Positions 18,099 through 27,741 of a DNA stretch of 64,000 nucleotides are shown piece by piece. Both the position numbers and the translations under genes were made by a program. Positions within the stretch are counted from its first letter, which is position 1. Every line of letters begins with the position of its first letter. Where the stretch lies: positions 2,016,001-2,080,000 of the forward strand of contig CAVZSV010000004.1 of the NCBI GenBank assembly GCA_963778115.1. Reading direction: 5' to 3'. The notes beneath the pieces are model-generated. The model made no database searches and had not been told where the DNA came from. It saw nothing but the letters and a program-made list of their open reading frames with translations. Source of the DNA: an uncultured delta proteobacterium. Its GTDB lineage: Bacteria; Bdellovibrionota; FAC87; UBA2466.

Positions 18099-18818
18099 TC
18101 AATCAGCAGTAATCTGGCAGACCAGGGCAGTAATATTGTCATCGCCACCGCGGGAGTTGGCCAGCGCTACTAGGCTCGATAGCCCAGTTTCAGGCCCCTG
18201 TTTTTTGATCTCCTCCGCAATTTCGGTTATTTCGATCAGGCCGGAAAGGCCATCCGTGCAGATGACGTAGATATCGTTCGCTTGAACTCGGCGTCGATAG
18301 ATATCGACCGCAACATGGTTTTCGTAACCGACGGAACGAGTGATGACGTTTTTAAATTGGTAGGTGGAAACTTGTCCAGCGGCCAACCGGCCGGCTCGAA
18401 TCTCCTCGTTCAAAAGAGAGTGGTCTTCGGTGACTTGCCAAATCGCCGGCCCGTTCATGAGATACGCGCGGCTGTCTCCCACTTGCCCGATGTAAAGTAC
18501 GTCGTCTTGAAACAGAAGAGCCAGCACGGTAGTGCCCATCCCCGATAGCTCTTCGTGGGTCAAAGACTGTTCGTAAATATCGGAGCACGCGCGATTGATC
18601 CCTTTGTCTAAAATTTCTCGCCCGACCAAGTGCTGGTTTTCCCGACAAAACTTTTGGATCCCCTCGACGGCTAAACGGCTCGCGACTTCGCCTCCCCGGT
18701 GGCCTCCCATGCCATCAGCCACGACATATAGCCCAAGGGCGTCGTCTTTGAGAAAGGCATCTTGGTTATTTTTTCGCTTAAGGCCGATATCCGTCAGGGC
18801 GAAGCTGTTTCGCTTCAT
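18099..18818 (-). CDS. Stp1/IreP-type PP2C Ser/Thr phosphatase
   Basis: TDIGLKRKNNQD, VADGMGGHRGGEVAS, GDSRAY, TEDHS, NVITRSVG, GGDDNIT. Confidence 0.93.
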   Translation of the reverse strand: MKRNSFALTDIGLKRKNNQDAFLKDDALGLYVVADGMGGHRGGEVASRLAVEGIQKFCRENQHLVGREILDKGINRACSDIYEQSLTHEELSGMGTTVLALLFQDDVLYIGQVGDSRAYLMNGPAIWQVTEDHSLLNEEIRAGRLAAGQVSTYQFKNVITRSVGYENHVAVDIYRRRVQANDIYVICTDGLSGLIEITEIAEEIKKQGPETGLSSLVALANSRGGDDNITALVCQITAD

Positions 18819-18853
18819 AGGCTAGTCCTTTGCTTTAAAAACGTAAGACCTCG

Positions 18854-20173
18854 CTATATACCTAACGGAAATTTTTCGAATAAAATCGAGGGGGATCCGA
18901 ATCCCCCAAAGAAATTTAGGTCGTTTCCGACGCTTATCACCTGACGCAACAGGTCAACAAGATCTACTTCCGCATAGAGATGTCCTAAAGGGCCATCTAG
19001 CTTACCTTGTGACACGGTCCATCCGCTGCCCTGCATCATTATTCTCGTCTCAGTTCCGGGGGTTGGTTCGACAGTCTCTACCGAGCTCCACAACACGCCT
19101 TCATCGACCATGGCGACAAGATCCCTCGCCGTAACATCGCCAGGCGCGAAAAACAGATTGGTGGGCTGGATAGACGGGCTGGGTCGCTGGGGAAAGCGCA
19201 TTAGGTTACCCGTGCTGAGCCTATTCTCACGAGTTGCGGTATAGGCGTCATACAAGAAGCCGACTAAGGTTCCTTTGTCGACGAGTGTCGTGCGCTGCGT
19301 AGGAGATCCCTCCAAGTCGAAGGGAGCTGACTGCACTCCCTTAAGATAAGTGCCATCATCTAATAGAGTGAGCGACTCGGAAAAGATGGCCTTCTCACGC
19401 AGAGCCGCGAGCGGGCTTCTTCCGTGCTGAACGGCGTCTGCCGAAAACCAGCCTGCCATCCGTTTCAGCACCTGGCTGACGACTGAAGGCGACCAAATGA
19501 CGGGAACGTTCTGCCGACCTTTTAAAATAGCGGGTTTCGTCTTTCGAAATCGAGCACTCTCATTCAACAGCTGGATCATCCAGTCTTCACGATCATCGAG
19601 GCTCCCCAATCCCGCACGATCCTCTTCACGGCGCCAGGGAACTCCGGTTTGTGAACCGAACAGAGAAAAATGAAGCGCTTGCACATCTTTGTGATGCGAG
19701 AGCTGAAAACGTTCGCTCTTGCGCGCGAGAACCGTTCGTATCGCCCACTGTTCATAAACCTCTTCCACCACTTCGGGAACTTCCGCGAGGCAGGGATAGA
19801 GGCTTTCAGAATCCCAACGTGAGGGTGCCTTGCGGTTGGGTCCAGTTGCCGACTCTTTGGGTTTTTTCCATAGAGGAAACCGAAACCAAGGATCGGGACT
19901 GGCATGCTTTGCGGACTCAAAGGCGTCGTCGACCAATTGGGATAGTGCTTCCGGCTCGTGTAAGAAAGTGGAGCTACGTCCCGGCCGTTTTCGATGTACG
20001 AGACGAAGTCCAATCCAGAACTGATCTTCAAAAGCGCGACCTGTTTCATCACCATTACGATATTTGACGCTTTGAGACCGGCAATGTTGAACGGAAAATT
20101 CGAAATCGTCGGCTATAATCAACTTCGGATTATGGCGAATCTGATCGATGATCTCTTCTGGTGAGGGTGGCAC
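18854..20173 (-). CDS. TldD/PmbA family protein (PmbA-like)
   Basis: PFDLEG, LVDKGTLVGFLYD, STGN, PTNL, GNDL…SPSI. Confidence 0.8.
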   Translation of the reverse strand: MPPSPEEIIDQIRHNPKLIIADDFEFSVQHCRSQSVKYRNGDETGRAFEDQFWIGLRLVHRKRPGRSSTFLHEPEALSQLVDDAFESAKHASPDPWFRFPLWKKPKESATGPNRKAPSRWDSESLYPCLAEVPEVVEEVYEQWAIRTVLARKSERFQLSHHKDVQALHFSLFGSQTGVPWRREEDRAGLGSLDDREDWMIQLLNESARFRKTKPAILKGRQNVPVIWSPSVVSQVLKRMAGWFSADAVQHGRSPLAALREKAIFSESLTLLDDGTYLKGVQSAPFDLEGSPTQRTTLVDKGTLVGFLYDAYTATRENRLSTGNLMRFPQRPSPSIQPTNLFFAPGDVTARDLVAMVDEGVLWSSVETVEPTPGTETRIMMQGSGWTVSQGKLDGPLGHLYAEVDLVDLLRQVISVGNDLNFFGGFGSPSILFEKFPLGI

Positions 20174-20236
20174 CGAGTAAGTTTACAGCAAGCGAGGATA
20201 CAATGCGAGGCTCAGCGAAAGGGGAAAATGAACCCT

Positions 20237-21073
20237 TTAGCCGTGCAGATGCAATTTTGATCGCAGCGTGTCGGACCAGCTAGTCGAAAAGGGTTTTAGC
20301 AAACGCAAATTCTGCGACGAGCGGAAAATTTTAATGAGGTCACGCGCTTTGACTTCTGCGGTCACTTGACCATCTAGCGTCAAATACGCAGCCCCCACGA
20401 ACTCTTTAGGGCGGATCTCCATTTTGGTTTCCGAGGGAACCACGGCCGGACGCACCGAAAGGGAATGGGGAGCTAGAGGGGCAAGTACAAGAGCTTCGAC
20501 CCCGGGGTGGAGTAAAGGGCCTCCCACCGAAAGAGAATAGGCCGTTGAACCCGTCGGGGTGGCGATGACACACCCATCCGCTTTGAGGGCGTAAAGCGTT
20601 TCGGATCCGATCATCACATCGAACTTAAGCATGGAGGTCCGAGCATCTTTGTTGAGGACGGCATCGTTAAAGACCACCCCTGAAAAGATACACTTTCCGC
20701 CTCTCCACAGTTCGACTTCAAAGAGGGGTCGCGTCTCCTCTCTGATTTTCTTCTTTAAGACCTCTTCCATCACGGCAATCATCTGATCGCGACGAATTTC
20801 GGTAATAAAGCCTAGCGTTCCCAAATTGACCCCAAGAAGGGGAAAGCGGTCCTTGGCTTCCAGTCGTCGAACGAGCGTCAAAAAAGTTCCGTCTCCACCA
20901 ATTACCACTCCTACGGAAACCTCTTTCACCATTGAGACCGGGATGCGCTCTTCAGTGTCGGTTAAATCTAAAGCCCTGGAACCGTGCTTCTTTAGCCAAG
21001 CGGAGAGCTCGGAAGCGGCGATTTTAGCAGCAGAATTTTTTCGTTTCGCAAAAATCAGCACGGCAGGTTTCAT
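20237..21073 (-). CDS. nadK: NAD(+) kinase
   Basis: GGDGTFL, GVNLGTLGF, FND, DG.VIATPTGSTAYSLS.GGP. Confidence 0.95.
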   Translation of the reverse strand: MKPAVLIFAKRKNSAAKIAASELSAWLKKHGSRALDLTDTEERIPVSMVKEVSVGVVIGGDGTFLTLVRRLEAKDRFPLLGVNLGTLGFITEIRRDQMIAVMEEVLKKKIREETRPLFEVELWRGGKCIFSGVVFNDAVLNKDARTSMLKFDVMIGSETLYALKADGCVIATPTGSTAYSLSVGGPLLHPGVEALVLAPLAPHSLSVRPAVVPSETKMEIRPKEFVGAAYLTLDGQVTAEVKARDLIKIFRSSQNLRLLKPFSTSWSDTLRSKLHLHG

Positions 21074-21159
21074 AAGAAGAAATTATCTCATAGTTTATGG
21101 TAGATTAAGAGCCTCGGTTCCGAATGAAAATTTCTGGGGTTCTATTTCTGGGGTTCTAA

Positions 21160-22434
21160 ATGAATCGTTTTCGCAATGTGTCCTTAACATTACTCCTGGT
21201 CTTGGCGATATCCTTACCTTCACAGCAAGCGGAGGCTAGAAAGCGTAAGAGAAAATATAGCGGCCCACCGCCCACTCATCCCGTTCTTTTATGGGCGCGG
21301 ACACTTTCCGAAAGCACCGATCGGGAACAGCGAAAGATTGCGGCCTTCAAATTAAGCCAATATTCGCAGCCTATTTTTCAAGACGAAGTGGTACGAACCC
21401 TTTCCAAGTGCGTTAAGGATTCTGACGTAGAGATCAAAGTACTTTGCACCAAAGCGATGGGTCATGCGGGAAGGGCCACGAACAGCGAAGCGATCCGCGA
21501 TCAGCTTCTTGAGGTTTATAAGTCGGATCCTTCGTTGCGTAACACCGTCGTTCGAGTCATGGTGGTTCGCGAAGACAATACGCCCCCGGTTCAAAATACT
21601 TTCCTAGACTCCTTAAAGAAAACGAAAGATCCCGAGGAGGCCATCGCATTACTCAAGTATTTTGAAACCTTTGGCGATGGCTCTTCTAAATTCGTCGATG
21701 CGGTCGTCGCGACCTATAACAATTTCGATAATCTCAAAGTGCAAACGGCCGCGATCTCGGCTCTTACCGCGAAGGCCGCCGGCCAAGACGCCGTAATTGC
21801 TCTTTTTGCGCAGTGTACGGAGAGCCACAATACGCCCTTGGTTCTTAATTGTCTGGCGGGTCTGCAACAGCAGGCGAAAAAGGATGCGCGCGCATGGACC
21901 GCGGTGGAAAAAACGATCCAAAGCGATGATCCCGATGTCTTAGTCGCCACTTTAGACGTCGTCAACGCACTTCCCGAAACTCAGAACACCAAAGTCTCCG
22001 AAAGACTCTTGCAGCTTATCGAAAATGTAGACGACGAGGATGTGCTCGAAAAATCGGTGCTCGCCCTTGGCGTCTGTGGTGACCACAGTCAATCTATCGT
22101 AGATAGGCTTCAAGCACTTCTGGAAGAAAAATCCGGCGATGAAGGTTCCCGAGTAGCAGCGGCGTTAGTGTTAGGAAAGCAGGCCGATAAATTTCCCGAT
22201 AAACCAAAAGAGTCCTTAGGCAAATGTGCGAAGGAAGAAAAGGCACAGTCTCTGCGTACGGCCTGTCAGCTTGGTCTTAAGGAAATTGAAACCCGAAGAT
22301 CCATGAATGCCAAAGCGGATGCAGCCGCTCAGGCGGCGGCGAACCGGATGCCCACAGATGCAGTGAATATGGATGTAAAGGGTGCAAAAGCAGATGAGAG
22401 AAAGAGTGGAGATGACGACGAGTCGAAGGAGTAG
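21160..22434 (+). CDS. Exported HEAT/ARM-repeat protein
   Basis: Signal peptide (QQAEA); repeated helical units such as DSDVEIK, DDPDVLVA, RVAAALVLG. Confidence 0.7.
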   Translation: MNRFRNVSLTLLLVLAISLPSQQAEARKRKRKYSGPPPTHPVLLWARTLSESTDREQRKIAAFKLSQYSQPIFQDEVVRTLSKCVKDSDVEIKVLCTKAMGHAGRATNSEAIRDQLLEVYKSDPSLRNTVVRVMVVREDNTPPVQNTFLDSLKKTKDPEEAIALLKYFETFGDGSSKFVDAVVATYNNFDNLKVQTAAISALTAKAAGQDAVIALFAQCTESHNTPLVLNCLAGLQQQAKKDARAWTAVEKTIQSDDPDVLVATLDVVNALPETQNTKVSERLLQLIENVDDEDVLEKSVLALGVCGDHSQSIVDRLQALLEEKSGDEGSRVAAALVLGKQADKFPDKPKESLGKCAKEEKAQSLRTACQLGLKEIETRRSMNAKADAAAQAAANRMPTDAVNMDVKGAKADERKSGDDDESKE

Positions 22435-22498
22435 CCGTTGTTGCATTCCTAGGACTTTGCTAAATCCATTCAGACCCCAATCTTGGTGGTCTCAGATC

Positions 22499-23755
22499 TT
22501 AAAGGTACTTCCCCAGGACCTCCGGAATATCAAACGTGCCATCGGGCTTCTGGTAGTTTTCCATAATGGCAAGTAACGTTCGTCCGACCGCCAAAGAAGA
22601 TCCGTTCAAGGTATGGACGAATTGGACCTTTCCGGCCGCGGTCTCGCGATATTTGATATTCGCACGCCTGGCTTGAAAATCACCGAAATTGCTACAGCTT
22701 GAAATTTCCATATAGCCCTTAATAGCCGGGGACCAGACTTCAATGTCATAAGTCTTTTGAGAACTAAAAGAGGTATCCCCAGCGCACAGTAGCATCACAC
22801 GATAAGGCAACTTCAATAACTGCAAAATCCTTTCCGCATTCTGCAGCAAAGCCTCGTGCTCGGCGGCAGATTGTCCGGGTGTTGTAAATTTCACGAGTTC
22901 GACTTTGTTAAATTGATGCTGCCGCTTCATCCCCTTCGTATCTTTGCCATAGCTTCCCGCCTCGGATCGAAAGCAGGGAGTATAGGCCGTATACTTCCGG
23001 GGGAGGCTTTTCTCATCGAGAATTTCGTGCCGATGGTAGTTCGTAACCGGAACTTCGGCGGTGGGGATAAGAAAGAAATCAAACTTTTCGATCCGAAACA
23101 CGTCCTCTTCGAACTTAGGGAGCTGTCCGGTACCAATCAAAGCATCTCGATTTACTAAGAAAGGCGGCTGGATCTCCTCATAACCGGCTTCAAGGTTAGT
23201 ATTGAGCATGAACTGAATCAGAGCGCGTTCAAGACGAGCCGCTAGTCCCTTTAAAAAAACGAATCGAGCACCGGTGACCTCCCCCGCTTTCTTAAAATCC
23301 AGAATTCCCAGCTTTTCACCTATCTCATCGTGAGTTTTCGCGGGAAAATCAAGTTGACGGGGGCTTCCCCATGTTCGTACCACCACATTATTCTCGGAGT
23401 TAGCCCCTTCGGGAACCGCGGGATCTAACAGGTTCGGAAATTCGAACATGAGTTGGTTCAATTGGGCCTCGACGGCAGTCACTTTCTCATCGAGCCCTTT
23501 GACTTCAGTAGCTACTTTTTTCATCTCTTCAAGAAGGACAGTACTGTCTTGCTTGGCTTTCTTGAGTTTAGCGATCTCCTCGGAGGCCTGGTTTCTTTTG
23601 TGTTTTAGGGATTCCACGGCCTGCAAAATCGTTCGCCGCTCTTTATCCAATTCAACGACCTTAGATAATAAGGGTAACAATTTATCTGCATTTCGTCTTT
23701 TGAGGGAAGCTTCAACGAGAGGCAGGTTAGATACTAGAAAACGCAGATCAAGCAT
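22499..23755 (-). CDS. serS: Serine--tRNA ligase
   Basis: [48 protein letters not shown]. Confidence 0.98.
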   Translation of the reverse strand: MLDLRFLVSNLPLVEASLKRRNADKLLPLLSKVVELDKERRTILQAVESLKHKRNQASEEIAKLKKAKQDSTVLLEEMKKVATEVKGLDEKVTAVEAQLNQLMFEFPNLLDPAVPEGANSENNVVVRTWGSPRQLDFPAKTHDEIGEKLGILDFKKAGEVTGARFVFLKGLAARLERALIQFMLNTNLEAGYEEIQPPFLVNRDALIGTGQLPKFEEDVFRIEKFDFFLIPTAEVPVTNYHRHEILDEKSLPRKYTAYTPCFRSEAGSYGKDTKGMKRQHQFNKVELVKFTTPGQSAAEHEALLQNAERILQLLKLPYRVMLLCAGDTSFSSQKTYDIEVWSPAIKGYMEISSCSNFGDFQARRANIKYRETAAGKVQFVHTLNGSSLAVGRTLLAIMENYQKPDGTFDIPEVLGKYL

Positions 23756-23778
23756 TGCAATCCTTTTCCGTCGCTATT

Positions 23779-23884
23779 AGTCGTCACCACACGACTCCCT
23801 GGTCAGTCGTCACCACACGACTCCCTGGTCAGTCGTCACCACACGACTCCTGTTCAGTCGTCGCCACACGACTCCTAGTCGTCG
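23779..23884. repeat. Tandem array of ~26-bp units, each with an AGTCGT-N6-ACGACT hairpin (4 units plus a partial one)
   Basis: Units start at 23779, 23805, 23831, 23856 and partially at 23877; the first two are identical (AGTCGTCACCACACGACTCCCTGGTC). Confidence 0.95.
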
Positions 23885-26800
23885 ATTACCGAATTCTTTA
23901 TCAGCGAACGAATGAGATTGCCGTCGGTGGCTGCGGGATTTCGATTCAGATAAAACTCAAATGCTTTTACCGCCTCATTGGGACGCTGTTCCCCATAGTA
24001 CACATAACCCAGCTCGCGATGCAACTCAGGGTCATTAGCGTCAATATCAAGAGCCAGTTGAATAGTGCCTTCCGCACTTTCAAACTGGTTTAGTGCGCGA
24101 TAGGCCCGCGATAATAATAGGTAAGCCCGTACTTTTTCATAGGCAGCTTCAGGTTTGGCGAGAGTAGGAAGATTGGCCACTTCGGTCAACTCCGCAATCG
24201 ACTCCTCAAATTTTCCAAAGGCCATTAAAAGCTCGGCGTACTCCAAACGAAAAGCAACATTAAGGGGGTTATTGGCGACCTCCTTTTTCATCTCGTCAAC
24301 CGCGGGTTCGGGCATATTCCTGGCTTGGTAAACTTGAGAAAGCGCTCTATGCGCTCCAGGATAATTGGGAGTCACTGAGACCAGATCTTTCAGTCCCCTT
24401 TCAGCATCCTTATAATTTCTTTGCTGAATGAGAAGATCACAAGCACGAAAGAAACCTTCGCTATTTCTTCGATCGAAAAGAAAGGAAGCTTGATACTCGT
24501 CGATGGCAGTCGCGAAGTCGCCCACGGCCTCAAGACTTTTTGCGAGTGCCATGCGCACTTTACTCAATCGATTATCGATGTCCAAGGCTTGATGATAAAA
24601 GCCGATGGCTCTGCGAAACTCTTTATTCGCGGCATAAATCTCGCCCAGTACCCAATACCAATTAGGATTTTTTGGATCCTGTTCGATGAGGTTGCGGATA
24701 AATTTAATCGCGAAATTCTTTTCATAGCGGACCACCTTGAGTTTGGACCACTCGACCAAAGCATCGTAATTGAGTGGATTAAGCAGGTAGGCGCGATAGA
24801 AGAAATTAAGAGCGTCTCTTTGCCCTTCTTTCCGACCCAAAAGCGCCAAGAGGCCCGCGTAATACAATATTTCGCTGTCATAGGGGTTCATCTTAAACGC
24901 TTTACTAAACTGATCGATCGCAGCCGTATAATCTTTCACGCGATAAAAATGTTTCCCCAGAGCCACGTAGGGTTCCGCTTCATCAGGAGCCAAAGCCTCT
25001 GCCTGCTTAAGCAATTGATAGGCTCTGTCTAGATTGTATTGTTCCGATTCCAGAAGACCGAGCTTGATATAAGCGGGCGCCGCGGTGGGATCTTTTTCAA
25101 TGGCCCTTTGGTAATAACTCACAACGGTTTGGAAATCTTCGTACGAAGAAACCAATTTTTCCGTCACTTCGCCCAGTCGAACCAAAGGCATCGCATCGTT
25201 AGGTCGCAACAGAACTTCTGCCCTTAAAAAGACTAAAGCTTCTCCATATTTTTTTTCCGTCACCAGACTCTCGGCCTGCTCGCTAAAATAAGACCAGCCA
25301 TATTCATGGGTTTCGGCCAGCTCTTTTAGGTGTTTCTCCGAAAGGTCGAGTCCTTTAAGCTTTTCTTCATACACCCCCTTGTTTTCAGGGGCGAAGTAGT
25401 AAGCAAGCGCAAAACTTTTTTGTGATTCCTCTTTTTCGTTTGAGACCTCTTGCAATAACCCTAGCCGATAATAAGCACTCGCCATTACATTTTTCGATCC
25501 GAATTGAGCGAGTGCCACACAGGTCTTGTAAAGTTGTTTAGCTTCCTTGAGTCGGTTTTGCTCAGAAGCAATTTGCGCTAAGTCGTAGTAGGAGTCGGCA
25601 TGAAGCGGGTTTAAGCGAAGCGTTTCCAACGCTTCGCGGGTGGTGCGCTTTTCGTCCTTTTCTTCTTTCTGATTTGCGGAGAGCCTTTCCAAAAACCAAT
25701 GCGCTCGAATGCTACGAGAATTGCTCTTAATCACATCGTTAAAAGATGCCCGAGCCGTCTCTGGATCCCCCATTTCGAACGCGATTTCGCCTTTTACCAG
25801 TGAATTTTCCGTATTCGAGGGATCCGCGTCACCCGCTAGGCCTATGCTTTTTCTGGCACCGTCGAAATCTTTGTGAAACAGTGCAATGAGCGCTTCGGCT
25901 CGATAAAACTGACTCGCCTGGGGGTCGCTACTTCTTCCACGAGTGATTGCATCTCGGGCCTGTTCTTCCATCATTTTAGGATCTGAGGTGAACCATAAAC
26001 ATCTTGCCGAAGACTCCGCCACCCGACTCAATACGGGAGCACTTGTCGGATTTAACAAGGAAGCTTCCACGAACAGGCTTCTAGCCCCTTCATAAAAGAG
26101 AGGGACATCAGCTTCATAGAGCCTGTCGCCTTCGTCTACCAAACGATAGATTTTTTGTTCCTTCGTGCTGGAAGCATCAATCAGTTCATGGATGGATGCC
26201 GGCACTGCGGCAGTTTGGTTTTTCGCATCCTGGGGGGGAGATTTAGACGGAGTGCCTGTTAAGAAGAGTAGGATCAGAACAATGGCTCCTCCCCCATAGA
26301 TTAGAATTCGGTTTCGTTTTTCCCTTCTCTTCTTTTCGGTGATTTCAGGAGGCTCTTCGGAAGAAGGAATCTTGATCTCTAAAGGATTAGAGGGAGGTTC
26401 CGCTTCCGAGTCCATCTCCACTTTTATGGGGACCAATTTCGTTCCTGGCCGTTCTTTTCCAGTAAGATCCGCATCGGATTTAGGGATATTCGACTGAGAA
26501 AAGAGTTCATCGATGGCCGATTGGTGGATAGTGGCTCCTGCCTTCTCTTCCCCAAACTGCTTGGTCTTTATATTACGTTTGGAATCCTCGTTCTCTTCGG
26601 CATTACCCTCAGGACTTACCTCTCCTGCTTTAACAGGCTCTCCCACTCGCCGGGTCGCTTTCTCCTTGTGGGTGTCCTCGTCGCTAAAATCGGAGTGCTC
26701 GTTTTCAGTTTCAGCTTTCTCCGAAGCGGCGGGAGAGTATTCGCCTTTGTACAACTTCTTTAACAGTGCGTCATAAAAGATGGGTTCGGTAGAGATCTTA

Positions 26801-26961
26801 GTCCATTTCTCATAGGGAGGGAGAGAGAACTCGTCTTCACCCGATAGCTTACCTTTACTGATGCGACGTAAGATCTCCTTCTCGGATAGATCCGTCTCCT
26901 GTTCATGGAGACGGTTTCGTACCCGATAGGGTTTTGCCTCAGAAGATCTCTTTTTCACCAC
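23875..26961 (-). CDS. Large TPR protein: N-terminal GYF_2-like domain, acidic linker, single TM, long TPR array
   Basis: 1028 aa; KGKLSGEDE…WTKIS.EPIFYD N-domain; TM ILIYGGGAIVLILLFL; many A…DP/NP TPR units. Confidence 0.85.
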   Translation of the reverse strand: MVKKRSSEAKPYRVRNRLHEQETDLSEKEILRRISKGKLSGEDEFSLPPYEKWTKISTEPIFYDALLKKLYKGEYSPAASEKAETENEHSDFSDEDTHKEKATRRVGEPVKAGEVSPEGNAEENEDSKRNIKTKQFGEEKAGATIHQSAIDELFSQSNIPKSDADLTGKERPGTKLVPIKVEMDSEAEPPSNPLEIKIPSSEEPPEITEKKRREKRNRILIYGGGAIVLILLFLTGTPSKSPPQDAKNQTAAVPASIHELIDASSTKEQKIYRLVDEGDRLYEADVPLFYEGARSLFVEASLLNPTSAPVLSRVAESSARCLWFTSDPKMMEEQARDAITRGRSSDPQASQFYRAEALIALFHKDFDGARKSIGLAGDADPSNTENSLVKGEIAFEMGDPETARASFNDVIKSNSRSIRAHWFLERLSANQKEEKDEKRTTREALETLRLNPLHADSYYDLAQIASEQNRLKEAKQLYKTCVALAQFGSKNVMASAYYRLGLLQEVSNEKEESQKSFALAYYFAPENKGVYEEKLKGLDLSEKHLKELAETHEYGWSYFSEQAESLVTEKKYGEALVFLRAEVLLRPNDAMPLVRLGEVTEKLVSSYEDFQTVVSYYQRAIEKDPTAAPAYIKLGLLESEQYNLDRAYQLLKQAEALAPDEAEPYVALGKHFYRVKDYTAAIDQFSKAFKMNPYDSEILYYAGLLALLGRKEGQRDALNFFYRAYLLNPLNYDALVEWSKLKVVRYEKNFAIKFIRNLIEQDPKNPNWYWVLGEIYAANKEFRRAIGFYHQALDIDNRLSKVRMALAKSLEAVGDFATAIDEYQASFLFDRRNSEGFFRACDLLIQQRNYKDAERGLKDLVSVTPNYPGAHRALSQVYQARNMPEPAVDEMKKEVANNPLNVAFRLEYAELLMAFGKFEESIAELTEVANLPTLAKPEAAYEKVRAYLLLSRAYRALNQFESAEGTIQLALDIDANDPELHRELGYVYYGEQRPNEAVKAFEFYLNRNPAATDGNLIRSLIKNSVIDD

Positions 26962-27027
26962 CTTACCATTTTATCCGAGAAACCGTTTGCTCTCTCACAA
27001 AAAGGAATTTAACAGTTCGCTTGGCAA

Positions 27028-27148
27028 GCGACGTTCAGAAGCGGCCTATAGCAAGGAATCGGCGAGCACGGGAGCGGAGTTTACACGGTAGTAAATGAGC
27101 CCCCGCGCTCAGACAATGACGCCGCTAGAGGCAGCTTATGGACGTCGC
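27028..27148. repeat. Palindromic interspersed element, copy 2 (inverted relative to copy 1)
   Basis: TIRs GCGACGTTCAGAAGC / GCTTATGGACGTCGC; core GAGCACGGGAGCGGAGTTTACACG-nn-AGTAAATGAGC shared with 16614-16744. Confidence 0.8.
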
Positions 27149-27219
27149 CGCGTTAATAGCGAATAATTACAAAGGAATTTGGATGTTTCTGTCCGTCGCC
27201 CGAGGGATAATCTCAATAG

Positions 27220-27741
27220 ATGCAAATGCAATTTAGCAATGCCACAGCAGGCTGGATGTGGGGATCGGTCACCTTCCTGGGGAGTTTAATAACGCATATT
27301 GTTGTTTGGCGCTGGCTTCATCCAAGACGCGATGTGCTATGGCTAGCAGGAATTTTTCTTGTCTTGCCGCTGGCGGCGACCGCGTTTTGGTTTCCCTGGT
27401 TGAATGCTTCGGCCTCGTTTCCTCTATGTGCCGCGGTGACTCATTTCATCCTTGCGGCCAATTACATCGCTTTTTATCCAGCTGTCCAAGCCTCCTCCCC
27501 CAGCTTGCGAATTTTAGTGCTTCTAAGACAGAGTCCTACACCCCTAGGGTCGGTGGAGATCACAAAAGCATTCTCTACTGAGAACCTTTTCTCCGACAGG
27601 ATCGCTGACCTTCAGACGGCAGGACTGATTAAGAAGGGAACGAGCGGATCTCAGGACGAACTTTCTTGGACAGGGAAAGCACTCGCTGCCACGTTTGTGG
27701 CCTATCGAAACTTCATCGGATTATCGCGAGGAAAGGGCTAA
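27220..27741 (+). CDS. Hypothetical membrane protein (3 TM plus winged-helix-like C-terminus)
   Basis: Hydrophobic N-half; SPSLRILVLL…DRIADLQTAGLI…LSWTGK. Confidence 0.65.
   Translation: MQMQFSNATAGWMWGSVTFLGSLITHIVVWRWLHPRRDVLWLAGIFLVLPLAATAFWFPWLNASASFPLCAAVTHFILAANYIAFYPAVQASSPSLRILVLLRQSPTPLGSVEITKAFSTENLFSDRIADLQTAGLIKKGTSGSQDELSWTGKALAATFVAYRNFIGLSRGKG

Noticed and set aside
23779..23884. CRISPR array
   Set aside because: The sequences between the palindromes are 3-8 bp and near-identical rather than unique ~30-bp spacers; no cas genes in the window
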